A DNA stretch of 64,000 bases from Candidatus Limnocylindria bacterium (GTDB lineage Bacteria; Chloroflexota; Limnocylindria; P2-11E): the NCBI GenBank assembly GCA_036523395.1, contig DATDEH010000072.1:8441-72440 (forward strand), given 5' to 3'. Below the pieces are notes generated by a model. It had not been told where the DNA came from, ran no database searches, and worked only from the letters and a program-made list of their open reading frames with translations. The position numbers and the translations under genes were made by a program. Below, one piece after another: positions 1 through 13,434 of the stretch. Position 1 is the first letter of the stretch. Every line of letters starts with the position of its first letter.

Positions 1-236
1 ATCGGGTCGACGAAGAACCAGTTGAACGCCAGGAACGACACGATCGACGCCGCGATCGCCGGCCCGCGTCCAAGGAGCGTCGCGGAGGCCAGCACCGCCA
101 TGAGGTAGAGCATCGAGATGTTCGCGACGTGGGCGCGCGCCTCGATCGCGCCGATGATGGCACTGATCAGGGCCACGGCCGCGAGCGCGGCGGCGTATCC
201 ACGAAGTGGAGCGAGACGCCGCATCTCTTCGAGCAT
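1..236 (-). CDS. Partial (window-truncated) N-terminus of a DUF4118/KdpD-like membrane sensor domain protein
   Basis: Minus-strand ATG at 236 gives MLEEMRRLAPLRGYAAALAAVALISAIIGAIEARAHVANISMLYLMAVLASATLLGRGPAIAASIVSFLAFNWFFVDP. This resembles the DUF4118 membrane domain of KdpD-type sensors and runs off the window edge. It starts 9 bp after the stop of the upstream Hsp70-like gene on the same strand. Confidence 0.45.
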   Translation of the reverse strand, partial: MLEEMRRLAPLRGYAAALAAVALISAIIGAIEARAHVANISMLYLMAVLASATLLGRGPAIAASIVSFLAFNWFFVDP

Positions 237-244
237 ACGCGGCG

Positions 245-1578
245 TTACCGCGCGAGCGCGGCTTCCTCGACGCCAGGCATCGCAAGACCCGCGGCGACGC
301 TCGTGAATGCCGCTGCGTCACGAACGCGCGCGTTCGGGAAGCGCCGCGCGAGGAGCGCGCGGAAGGCCGGGATCGCGCTCGATCCGCCCGTCGTCACGAC
401 CTCGACGATGTCGGTCGAGCGCACCGTCGCGCGGACGAGCACGTCCGTAACGAGCGCGTCCGTCTCCGTCACGAGGTTGTCGATGAGGCGTTCGAACCGA
501 CCGCGTGTCACGCGGGCGTCGACGTCGACCGCGCCGTGGTGATAGGTGAGGATCGCCGCGGGCTCGCTCGAGAGAGCGCACTTGGTGATATCCGCGGTCA
601 TGAAGATCTCGTAACCGAGCTGGAGCTCGATGGCGCTGCGGAGTGCGGCGAGCTCGCGCTTCGGAGCGCCCTGGCGAACGAGATCGTCGAGCGCCTCGAG
701 CAGCGGCTTCTCGTTCAGTGCCGATAGCGCATGCCAGTCGTGCAGCGCGTTCACCATGAACGCTGGTAGACGCAGACGTTTCGGTGTCCAGGTCGCCCGC
801 GAGCCGAGCTGTGGCGCGATGACGTCGTCGATGAGCCGCTCCGTGCAGCGGTCGCCGCCGATGTTGCGGCCCGCCGTCGACAGCACCTCGAGCGCTCCGG
901 CCTGGCGCCGAACGATCGCGAGGTCCAACGTGCCGCCGCCGAAATCGAAGACGAGCGTCAGCCCCGACGTGACGTCCGCCGCGTGCGCAGCGCCGACGGG
1001 CTCGAACGCGAAGCGGACCTCACCGATCCCGGCGAGCTCCGCCGCGCGACGCATGCGGCCCACGGCCCGCGCCTCGGCCGCCGGCCCGCCGATGTACTCG
1101 ACGGGCCGGCCGACCGTGATCTCCGCTGGCATTTCGCCGACGAGGTCGCGTACGCGCTCCCGCACGTGCGCGAGGACCACGGCGATGAGGTCTTCAAGGC
1201 CGCGCTCCTCGCCGAACACGTTTGTGCGAACGTCGAGCGGATCGCCCAGGAAGGTCTTCAGCGCTTGGAAGAGCCGGCCCGGTGAAGACGTGTCGGTGTA
1301 GATCACGGCCTCGACCGTCTTCTGCCGCGGGTTCGACGACTCCATCCGGATGCCGAGCGGCTTGAACTCCCGCGTGACCGGGCCGCGCTGGCGGTTATCC
1401 AGGAGATACGCGTCGATCGCCGGCCGCCCGACGATGCTCGACCCATCGCGCCGGACGTACAGGACCGTCGGCATCGCGGCCCCGGCGAGCGGGTCGACAG
1501 GCAGCACGGTCGAGCGCTCGCCGTCCCAGACAGCGACCGACGTGTTGGAGGTACCGAAGTCGAGACCGAAACGCACGG
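245..1578 (-). CDS. Hsp70-family protein, nucleotide-binding (actin-fold ATPase) domain only
   Basis: Motifs FGLDFGTSNTSVAV and LVFDFGGGTLDLAI are typical of the DnaK NBD. About 445 aa with no substrate-binding domain. Start placed at the V of VRFGLDFG; the upstream part of the 499-aa ORF is Arg-rich and probably not coding. Confidence 0.7.
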
Positions 1579-1706
1579 CGCGCGATTGTCCCACTCGGGG
1601 ACGACCGCGCGTGTATTTCCGCGGGCCGCCGGTGCGTCTTCGCCTGATGGCTGGCTCTTCTTGCGCGTGGCGGCCGACAAGGGTTGTGCAGCCAACGGCA
1701 GAAGTC

Positions 1707-1735
1707 TTGACAATGGCGTTGACAGGTTTTATACA
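1707..1735 (+). promoter_or_regulatory. Consensus sigma70-type promoter for hspR. It is TTGACA-N17-TATACA, and the -10 ends 7 nt before the ATG, so the mRNA is probably leaderless. A second TTGACA lies 6 nt downstream of the first.
   Basis: Read directly: -35 TTGACA at 1707-1712 and -10 TATACA at 1730-1735, with the ATG at 1743. A tandem TTGACA is at 1719-1724. No canonical HAIR (CTTGAGT-N7-ACTCAAG) was found. Confidence 0.5.
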
Positions 1736-1742
1736 AAAGCGC

Positions 1743-2111
1743 ATGGCAGGTGGTCACCGACCCGTCTACGTCATCTCCATCGCGGCCGGTCTCGCGGGCT
1801 GCCATCCGCGGACGCTACGGATCTACGAGGAGGAGGGCCTGCTCGAACCGGTCCGGACCGAGACGAACATCCGCCTCTACTCCGATGACGATCTGCAGCG
1901 CGTACGCGTGATCCGGTACCTGACACAGGTGCGCGGCGTGAACCTCGCGGGCGTGAAGCTGCTTCTTCACATGCGCGATGCTGCGGACCTGATGGAGGAC
2001 CTCATGCGCGAGCTCGCAGAGCTCGGCAGCGAAAAGGACGACGTGGACGGACAGGTGGACACCGCCGACCAAAGACCAAAGCGCGGCCGAACAGACGGCA
2101 CGCGCTTCTAA
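1743..2111 (+). CDS. hspR: HspR, MerR-family heat-shock transcriptional repressor
   Basis: MAGGHRPVYVISIAAGLAGCHPRTLRIYEEEGLLEPVRTETNIRLYSDDDLQRVRVIRYL is a MerR HTH typical of HspR. It sits immediately upstream of hsp20/lon/clpB. Confidence 0.85.
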   Translation: MAGGHRPVYVISIAAGLAGCHPRTLRIYEEEGLLEPVRTETNIRLYSDDDLQRVRVIRYLTQVRGVNLAGVKLLLHMRDAADLMEDLMRELAELGSEKDDVDGQVDTADQRPKRGRTDGTRF

Positions 2112-2124
2112 GAGGAGGACGAAC

Positions 2125-2586
2125 ATGACCATCGCCCGATTCACGCCAATGACCGACATCGTGTCCCTCCGCGACGCCATGGATCGTCTCTTCGAGGAGA
2201 GCTACATCCGTCCGACCGTTTGGACGGGGCTCGCCGCGGGCCAAATGGCGGTCCCGGTGGACCTCTGGGAGACGAAAGACGCCTATCACCTCCGCGCTGA
2301 TCTTCCCGGTGTGACTCCGAATGAATTGGAGATCAACGCAACGAGCGATTCCATCTCGATCGGTGGCGAGGTCAAGGGCCGGACCGACGTGAGTGAGGAC
2401 GGTTGGCTCCGACAGGAGCGGCGCGCGGGCAAGTTCCAGCGCGCCTTCACCCTTCCCGTCGCGATCGATCCGACCAAGGTCGAGGCGACCTTCGAGAACG
2501 GCGTTCTGCAGCTCGTGCTGCCGAAGGCTGAGAACGTGAAGCCCAGGACCATCAAGGTCAACGCGACCGGCGGGAACTCGAAGTAG
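2125..2586 (+). CDS. Hsp20/alpha-crystallin family small heat-shock protein
   Basis: 153 aa with an alpha-crystallin domain (AYHLRADLPGV...ENGVLQLVLPK). RBS AGGAGG at 2113-2118, 6 nt before the ATG. Confidence 0.9.
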   Translation: MTIARFTPMTDIVSLRDAMDRLFEESYIRPTVWTGLAAGQMAVPVDLWETKDAYHLRADLPGVTPNELEINATSDSISIGGEVKGRTDVSEDGWLRQERRAGKFQRAFTLPVAIDPTKVEATFENGVLQLVLPKAENVKPRTIKVNATGGNSK

Positions 2587-2605
2587 TACCAATAGGAACG
2601 CACGG

Positions 2606-2648
2606 GGCGTGGCCGGGCGGAATGGTGCGCCCGGCCACGCCGTTTCAC
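2606..2648 (+). terminator. Putative intrinsic terminator after hsp20
   Basis: Perfect 14-bp inverted repeat GGCGTGGCCGGGCG-gaatggtg-CGCCCGGCCACGCC, followed by a weak T-tract GTTTCAC. Confidence 0.45.
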
Positions 2649-2703
2649 ATGACGAGCGCGCAACGCATCTGACCTGAACCGCGAAAAGAAACAGAGGACC
2701 AAA

Positions 2704-5211
<2,508 letters not shown>

Positions 5212-5281
5212 AGGGGTTGCAGGGGTGACTCCGCCGCTGAAGAGGGGGTTGCAGAGGGTTCTCCCCCTGCGATAAACGGGC

Positions 5282-6247
5282 ATGCCGGTCGAATACAAGG
5301 ACTACTACAAGACACTCGGCGTCTCGAAGAACGCGAGCGCCGAGGAGATCAAGAAGGCATACCGCAAGGCCGCGCGCCAGCACCATCCCGACATCAACAA
5401 GAAGCCTGAGGCCGAGAAGCGCTTCAAGGAGATCAACGAGGCCAACGAGGTGCTCTCCGATCCCGAGAAGCGCAAGCGCTACGACACCGTCGGTCCGGAG
5501 TGGGAGCGCTTCCGGCAAGGCGGCCAGCAACCCGGTGGATTCCAGTGGGTCTACACCGGCCAACCCGGCCAGGACCCGTTCAACGGCGGCGAAGCGGGAG
5601 GGTTCTCCGACTTCTTCCGCACGCTGTTCGGCGAGGGACAGACGGACTTCGACGCCGGGACACTCTTCGGGCGTCCGAGCACGCGGCGGCGTCGTGCGGT
5701 TGCGGGTACGGATGTCGAGAGCGAGGTCGAGGTAACGCTGGCGGAGGCGTACAAGGGCACCGAGCGATCGGTCGAGATGCGCCTCCCCGATGGAGCGACG
5801 CGCCGCCTCAGCGTGAAGATCCCGGCGGGCGTGAAGGACGGTCAGCGCATCCGGCTCGCGGGACAGGGCGCGCCGGGCAGCGCGGGCGGACCATCGGGCG
5901 ATCTTTTCCTCCGCGTGCGTGTGAGGCCGCATCCGGTCTTCGAGCGAGACGGTGAGGATCTGAGGCTGGTGTTACCCGTGGCTCTGCACGAGGCGCTGCT
6001 CGGCGCGGAGGTCACGGTCCCGACACTCAAAGGACGCGTGTCGCTCCGGATACCGCCCGAGACTCAGAACGGCCGGACCATCCGGCTCGCGGGGCAGGGG
6101 ATGCCGCGCGCGACCGGTGGGCACGGCGATCTGTACCTGACCGTCAAGGTCGTGCTGCCGACGAAGCTGACCGACAAAGAGCGCGAGCTCGTCACGGAGC
6201 TCGCGACGACACGCGCTGGTGAGGATCCCCGCAAGGGACTCCTCTAA
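5282..6247 (+). CDS. cbpA: DnaJ-class (type II/CbpA-like) co-chaperone lacking the Cys-rich zinc-finger domain
   Basis: J-domain with HPD (KAARQHHPDINK), a G/F-rich linker and a DnaJ C-terminal domain. It has no CxxCxGxG repeats. Confidence 0.88.
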   Translation: MPVEYKDYYKTLGVSKNASAEEIKKAYRKAARQHHPDINKKPEAEKRFKEINEANEVLSDPEKRKRYDTVGPEWERFRQGGQQPGGFQWVYTGQPGQDPFNGGEAGGFSDFFRTLFGEGQTDFDAGTLFGRPSTRRRRAVAGTDVESEVEVTLAEAYKGTERSVEMRLPDGATRRLSVKIPAGVKDGQRIRLAGQGAPGSAGGPSGDLFLRVRVRPHPVFERDGEDLRLVLPVALHEALLGAEVTVPTLKGRVSLRIPPETQNGRTIRLAGQGMPRATGGHGDLYLTVKVVLPTKLTDKERELVTELATTRAGEDPRKGLL

Positions 6248-6268
6248 AGAGATTGAGCAGGTAGTGAA

Positions 6269-8911
<2,643 letters not shown>

Positions 8912-8949
8912 CACACTGTTCGCGGCGAGGGCCCGTTTAGCCTAGAACG

Positions 8950-10032
8950 ATGAGGGCTCTCGCCGCACTGCTCGTCACGCTATCTGTGTCATGCGGCGCG
9001 ATACCGGCGAGCGTCGGTCTGAACACGTCATCACCGACGGCCGCAGCGGTCCCGTCGACAGCGGCGGCGAGCGCTTCCATCGCAGCGTCCGCGACGGCTC
9101 GTCCTACGCCCACGCCGAGTCCGACACCGAAGCCGATCGCGGACATCGTCGCGCAGATCAACCCAGCCAAGCTCGACGATCATCTGCGCGCCCTGACCTC
9201 CTTCGTATCGCGTCATCCACTGCATCCGGGACACGCCAGGGCGGTCGCATACCTCATGGAGCAGCTGACCGCGATCCCGGGCGTGGTCGTGCAGGACATC
9301 CCGACTTCGTACAACGGTGTCAGGCTCGACAACATCTTCGCGACGATCAATCCGCTCGCCGCCGGCGCCGAGGGCTTCCTCGGCGGCGCCGGGATGGTCT
9401 GCGCGCACTACGACTCCACCGCGAATCGCACGCCGGGCTGGCGTCCCGCGCTCGATCCCGCGCCGGGCGCCGACGACAACGCGACCGGTACCGCCGCGCT
9501 GCTCGAGTACGCGCGGATCCTCGCCGCGGATCGCGCGTCGTTGCGCATGCCGATCGTGCTCGCGTTCTTCGACGGCGAGGAGTACTTCTTCAAGGGCAGC
9601 CTCGCCTATCTGCAGTCCCTTCCGCCGCCGAATCCGTACCGTTGGGTGATCAACATCGACATGGTCGGATTCAATCCGCTCGCAGACCGCCTCGACCTCG
9701 TCTACTACACGGCGAAATCCGCAGGGCTGCGCGACCGCGTGAAGGACGCGAACCAGCGCTACGCGATCGGCATCTCGCCTCTCGTCGAGCAGCTCGCGAC
9801 CACCGACGCGTTCATCCTCGATGCCGCGCCCTTCGGTCTCGTCGGCGGCATCCCATCGGTCGCGCTGGTGCAACGCTACGGTGAGATCGACTCGACGTTC
9901 CCCGGCAACTTCACGTTCCACACGGTGAACGACACTCCCGACAAGATCACGAACAAGCGCCTCTGGCTCAAGGCCGCGAAGCTGACGCTCGCAACTGCGC
10001 TCGATCTCGCGCGCGGTGGGGCGCAGCTCTGA
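8950..10032 (+). CDS. M28-family Zn aminopeptidase, lipoprotein
   Basis: Signal peptide plus lipobox (LSVSCG) and a Pro/Thr/Ala-rich linker. M28 motifs HYDSTA...GADDNATG...FDGEE are present. Confidence 0.8.
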   Translation: MRALAALLVTLSVSCGAIPASVGLNTSSPTAAAVPSTAAASASIAASATARPTPTPSPTPKPIADIVAQINPAKLDDHLRALTSFVSRHPLHPGHARAVAYLMEQLTAIPGVVVQDIPTSYNGVRLDNIFATINPLAAGAEGFLGGAGMVCAHYDSTANRTPGWRPALDPAPGADDNATGTAALLEYARILAADRASLRMPIVLAFFDGEEYFFKGSLAYLQSLPPPNPYRWVINIDMVGFNPLADRLDLVYYTAKSAGLRDRVKDANQRYAIGISPLVEQLATTDAFILDAAPFGLVGGIPSVALVQRYGEIDSTFPGNFTFHTVNDTPDKITNKRLWLKAAKLTLATALDLARGGAQL

Positions 10033-10079
10033 CCCGGCGCATCAGCGTCCGCGCACAGCTCGCGATCTTCGGGGCACTC

Positions 10080-10349
10080 GTGGCGATCTTCGTGATCGCG
10101 TTCCTTTATCTGCGCCCCGGGGTTGGCGCCCTCAGCGACGCCGAGTACGTCGCCATCGCGAAGGCAACGCCGCAGGGACAGCTCTACTTCAAGAAATATG
10201 ACGCGCCGTGCCAGGTCATACGCGTGTTCACCGTCCAGGTGAACTGCGATTACGTGCCCCCCGGCGCGACCGCGACGGAGAAGTTCCGCGCGAACATCGA
10301 TCCACGAACGAACGCGGTCATCGAGGTCGAGGTGGACTTCACTCCCTGA
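10080..10349 (+). CDS. Small hypothetical membrane protein (89 aa, one TM helix); doubtful
   Basis: GTG start. The TM helix is IFGALVAIFVIAFLYL. Convergent with the ECF sigma gene and overlaps its 3' end by 11 bp. Function unknown. Confidence 0.3.
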   Translation: MAIFVIAFLYLRPGVGALSDAEYVAIAKATPQGQLYFKKYDAPCQVIRVFTVQVNCDYVPPGATATEKFRANIDPRTNAVIEVEVDFTP

Positions 10350-10860
10350 CGCTCAGCTCCTTTGCGAGGGTCGCCAAGCCTCGGCGTTGTAGCTGCTCGA
10401 CCGCTCCTTCGGTCTTCCCCAGCACCTGCGCGGTCTCCCGGCTGCTGAAGCCGAGCACAAAGCGCATCACGACCGTCGAACGCTGATCGTCCCCGAGCTT
10501 CGCCAGGGCCGCCTGCAGCGTGACCCGCTCGACCACGTCCCCGGAGCGATCGTGGGAAACGAGGTCTGGCACATCTTCCAAAGGGAGCTGCGGCTTCGCC
10601 TTCCGGCCGCGATCGATGATGGTGTTCCGAGTGATCCTGATCAGCCATCCGGTGAACTGGACGGCGGTGCCCCGAAACCGCCTGACGTTCTCGATGGCGC
10701 TGAGGAACGCGTCGGCCGCCGCGTCCTCGGCGTCCGCGACCGTTCGGGTGTGAAAGTAAGCGAAGCGATACACGCTGGGATAACACGCCTCGTAGAGCCG
10801 GGCGAACGCGTCGCGGTCGCCGCGACGCGCCGCGTCGATGAGCTCTTCATCGGGGATCAC
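10339..10860 (-). CDS. ECF (sigma-70 family, group IV) RNA polymerase sigma factor
   Basis: 173 aa with a sigma2 region (FARLYEACYPSVYRFAYFHTRTVADAEDAAADAF) and a sigma4 HTH (STVVMRFVLGFSSRETAQVLGKTEGAVEQLQRRGL). GTG start at 10860. Confidence 0.85.
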   Translation of the reverse strand: MIPDEELIDAARRGDRDAFARLYEACYPSVYRFAYFHTRTVADAEDAAADAFLSAIENVRRFRGTAVQFTGWLIRITRNTIIDRGRKAKPQLPLEDVPDLVSHDRSGDVVERVTLQAALAKLGDDQRSTVVMRFVLGFSSRETAQVLGKTEGAVEQLQRRGLATLAKELSVRE

Positions 10861-10901
10861 CCCGGCGATTCTGCGACGTTCCGCTGCGCCGGGGCCGGAC
10901 C

Positions 10902-11330
10902 TTACTTCTGTCCGTCGTCCTGGTTGTTGTTGTTGCCGTTAGCGCCATTGCCGCTGGTGCCGGCGCCGCCGCTCGCGCCCGTGGCCGGTGTCGCGGCTCC
11001 GTTGTCCTTGTGGTCCATGTCCCCGTGAGTTCCGGCGCCCGCGGTCTTGTTCTCCTTGGCGCCGTCTTCGTTCGTGCCGCACTCGTTGTTGCCCTTGTCG
11101 GTCGACGCCTGCTCGTCGTGCATCTTGCCGTTCTCGTCGGCGTCGCTGGCGACCTGTTTGTCCTGCTCGTCCGCGTCCAGGTTGTTCGCGCCCGTGTCGG
11201 TGCTGCCATCGGTGTTGCACGTGTCGCCGGCGAGCACCGCGACCTCGACCGCGAGCGTCGTCGCAGAGCCGGCGATGAGCGCGGCCGCGGCGAAGACGCT
11301 GATGAAGAGTGCTCGAAGATGAGTCCTCAT
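10902..11330 (-). CDS. Secreted acidic low-complexity protein (about 142 aa)
   Basis: ATG at 11330 is preceded by AGGAGG 8 nt upstream. Signal peptide MRTHLRALFISVFAAAALIAGSATTLA. The mature part is D/E/N/G-rich and ends GNGANGNNNNQDDGQK. No recognisable domain. Confidence 0.6.
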   Translation of the reverse strand: MRTHLRALFISVFAAAALIAGSATTLAVEVAVLAGDTCNTDGSTDTGANNLDADEQDKQVASDADENGKMHDEQASTDKGNNECGTNEDGAKENKTAGAGTHGDMDHKDNGAATPATGASGGAGTSGNGANGNNNNQDDGQK

Positions 11331-11369
11331 ATGTCGTTCCTCCTGTCGAATGCGCGTCGGGTTGATCGC

Positions 11370-11421
11370 GTGATCTGCGGAATAAGACGTACGGAAGGGC
11401 CGGAACCTACGGCCTAGTACC
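11370..11421 (-). promoter_or_regulatory. Conserved hairpin + U-rich element, copy 1. It overlaps the stop codon of the anti-sigma-like gene and is a putative terminator or attenuator.
   Basis: Minus-sense GGCCGTAGGTTCCGGCC is a 5-bp GC stem with loop TAGGTTC, followed by CTTCCGTACGTCTTATTCC. About 85% identical to copy 2 at 12127-12175. Confidence 0.45.
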
Positions 11422-12126
11422 TTCGTTCTGTCCGTTCGGCCCGTTCTGCCCGTTCTGTCCATCGTTCTCGTCGCGGTCGGCGTCGCGATCGAGGGCGGAC
11501 TGCACGCCGTTCAGGACGTTGTTGTTCTCCCCATTCGCTTCCTGACGGGACTCCTCGAGGCGGTCCCGGGCCCCGCGCTCGAAGGCGGCAAGGTTCCTCT
11601 GCTCGAGTTGGCGTTGCCCGTCGGGCAGGCGTGCGATGTCAGCGCGAGCGCGCGCGAGATAGCGGAGCACGTCGTCCAGCGTCACGCGCAGCGCGTCTGG
11701 TGACGCTTTCTTGGCGGCGCTCGCCGCTTGGGCGACGCGACGGTCGGCCACGCTCAGAGACGCGCTCGCGGATCCGCTGGCCGATCGGGGCAGCGTGAGA
11801 TACGCGTCGTCGAGCCCGCGCTGGAGCGCGAACAGGGGTTCGCCTGGCGTGCTGGCATACGCGGCTCCGCCGAGGCTCAGGACGAGCAACACCACCGTGG
11901 CGAATGCGAACGCCGGCCGCAGCCAGACCAGTCCGCGCGGCCGCGGGGCCGTCGCGCGGCGGCGGATCCGATCGAGCGAACCGACCGGAGGCTCGATCGC
12001 GCGGCCCTCGGTGACGAGGAGCTGGGCGGCCCTCGCCAACGGGCGCAGGTCCGCGTGTAGCTCGGAAGGGTCGACCGCCTCCCCGCTCGCGAGACGGTCT
12101 AGGGCATCGCGTTCAGCCTGATCCAT
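11407..12126 (-). CDS. Single-pass membrane protein, putative anti-sigma factor (DUF5667-like)
   Basis: 239 aa with a roughly 60-aa cytoplasmic N-terminus, a TM segment (LVWLRPAFAFATVVLLVLSLGGAAYA), an extracytoplasmic domain and an N/Q/G/D-rich C-terminal tail. Same operon as the ECF sigma. The anti-sigma assignment is by architecture and context only. Confidence 0.55.
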   Translation of the reverse strand: MDQAERDALDRLASGEAVDPSELHADLRPLARAAQLLVTEGRAIEPPVGSLDRIRRRATAPRPRGLVWLRPAFAFATVVLLVLSLGGAAYASTPGEPLFALQRGLDDAYLTLPRSASGSASASLSVADRRVAQAASAAKKASPDALRVTLDDVLRYLARARADIARLPDGQRQLEQRNLAAFERGARDRLEESRQEANGENNNVLNGVQSALDRDADRDENDGQNGQNGPNGQNEGTRP

Positions 12127-12175
12127 CGCCGAGAAAGACGTTCAGGCGGGCCGAAAACCTACGGCCTCGTGCCTG
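12127..12175 (-). promoter_or_regulatory. Conserved hairpin + U-rich element, copy 2. It lies between the methyltransferase stop and the anti-sigma-like start and is a putative terminator or attenuator.
   Basis: Minus-sense CAGGCacgaGGCCGTAGGTTTTCGGCCcGCCTG is an extended stem, followed by AACGTCTTTCTCGGCG and then the ATG. Paralogous to copy 1. Confidence 0.45.
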
Positions 12176-12697
12176 TCAGACCCTGATGCTCGCCGCCGAG
12201 TAGATCCGCCGGAGGAATCTGCTGGGTACGCTCGCGAGCTCGCGCGTGCCTGTGAAACCGTTCGCATCGGCGAGCGCGCGCCACGTCTCGAACGTCAGCG
12301 GGTGCGGGACCCACGTGTTCCCGTGATCGGCGTCGTATTCCACGAGCAGCAGGCGTCCGGATGGCTTGAGCATCGTACGCACGATCTCGAGCACCGGCGC
12401 CTTGTCGCGAACGAAATGCAACGAGTTCGCCATCACGACACCGTCGAGGGACGCGAGGTCGACCGCCTTCGTGAAGTCCGCGGCAAGCGTGCGGACCGTC
12501 GCGCCACCCGGTCGAACCGCGCGCTCGAGCTGGCGCAGCGCGCCGCGGTCACGGTCGACCGCGACGACCTCGCCTTCAGGTCCGACGAGCTCCGCGAGCG
12601 CGAGCGTGAAGGCGCCCGTCCCGGCGCCGAGGTCGGCCCACCTCCCGCCGCGCGTGACTCCGTCCCGAAGGAGGCGAACGTGCTCCGCGTGATCCAT
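12176..12697 (-). CDS. Class I SAM-dependent methyltransferase
   Basis: Motif I LDLGAGTGAFTLALAEL and an acidic post-I region. ATG at 12697 (MDHAEHV...) abuts the dtd stop. Confidence 0.75.
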   Translation of the reverse strand: MDHAEHVRLLRDGVTRGGRWADLGAGTGAFTLALAELVGPEGEVVAVDRDRGALRQLERAVRPGGATVRTLAADFTKAVDLASLDGVVMANSLHFVRDKAPVLEIVRTMLKPSGRLLLVEYDADHGNTWVPHPLTFETWRALADANGFTGTRELASVPSRFLRRIYSAASIRV

Positions 12698-13170
12698 CAG
12701 GCCTTGCGGCCGAGGTCCGCCTGCGCCCACCCGTCGGTCGAGAGCACCAGCGTCACCGGGCCGTCCGCCTCCAGGACGATGCGCATATCGGCCCCGAATC
12801 GTCCCTGGGCGACGGCGGCGTTCGCGCCGCGGAGCACGCCGCAAAACGCTTCGAAGAGCCGCCGGCCGAGCTCCGGTGCCGCGGCCGCAGTGAAGTCCGG
12901 CCGCCGCCCGTGGCGGACGTCGCCGTAGAGAGTGAACTGGGGGATGACGAGGACGCTTCCGCCGGTGTCCTTCAGTGTGCGGTCGAGGCGGCCGCGGCCG
13001 TCATCGAAGATCCGCAGAGCGAGGATCTTCGCCGCGATGCGCTCGCCGTCCTCGGGCCGATCGTCGGCCGCGACGCCGAGGAGCACGCTGAGACCCGGCC
13101 CGATCGTCGCGAGGGTCTCCTCCGCGACGTGAACGGAAGCGGAGCGCACACGCTGAACGACCGCGCGCAC
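12697..13170 (-). CDS. dtd: D-aminoacyl-tRNA deacylase
   Basis: 157 aa beginning MRAVVQRVRSASV and containing SVLVIPQFTLYGD plus a C-terminal SNGP-like region. Typical Dtd. Confidence 0.85.
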   Translation of the reverse strand: MRAVVQRVRSASVHVAEETLATIGPGLSVLLGVAADDRPEDGERIAAKILALRIFDDGRGRLDRTLKDTGGSVLVIPQFTLYGDVRHGRRPDFTAAAAPELGRRLFEAFCGVLRGANAAVAQGRFGADMRIVLEADGPVTLVLSTDGWAQADLGRKA

Positions 13171-13185
13171 CGCCGTCTGTCCTGT

Positions 13186-13392
13186 CTAGTCCAGCATCCA
13201 GGGGTTGTCCCCGCGGACGACCGACTCGACCTCGCTTGCGGAGAGGTGCCCGGGCGCGAAGACCGTCATGCTCTTGTCGAGCGGTAGCCGCGTGATGTAC
13301 GTGACCTTGCCAAAGCGGTAGCCGTGCTGGAACAGAAAAGGCTTGCCGTCGATCTCGATGCGCTGCCGGCGATCTGTGGATGTAACGGGCAC
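13186..13392 (-). CDS. Hypothetical 68-aa protein; doubtful
   Basis: GTG start with no clear RBS. Several A/T-ending codons in a high-GC genome. No recognisable domain. May be non-coding. Confidence 0.25.
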   Translation of the reverse strand: MPVTSTDRRQRIEIDGKPFLFQHGYRFGKVTYITRLPLDKSMTVFAPGHLSASEVESVVRGDNPWMLD

Positions 13393-13434
13393 GACGTCAG
13401 TATGTCGAAGCGCCCGACCGACCGCCCCTCAGGG

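Noticed and set aside
10016-10201. 61-aa ORF overlapping the end of the M28 peptidase gene
   Set aside because: It is Arg-rich and overlaps a confident gene in another frame. The alternative 10080-10349 ORF, itself weak, is the only plausible reading.
13393-13434. Possible operator or terminator between the pro-peptide ORF and the 68-aa ORF
   Set aside because: The 42-nt spacer shows no clear hairpin or repeat. I could not support a feature there.
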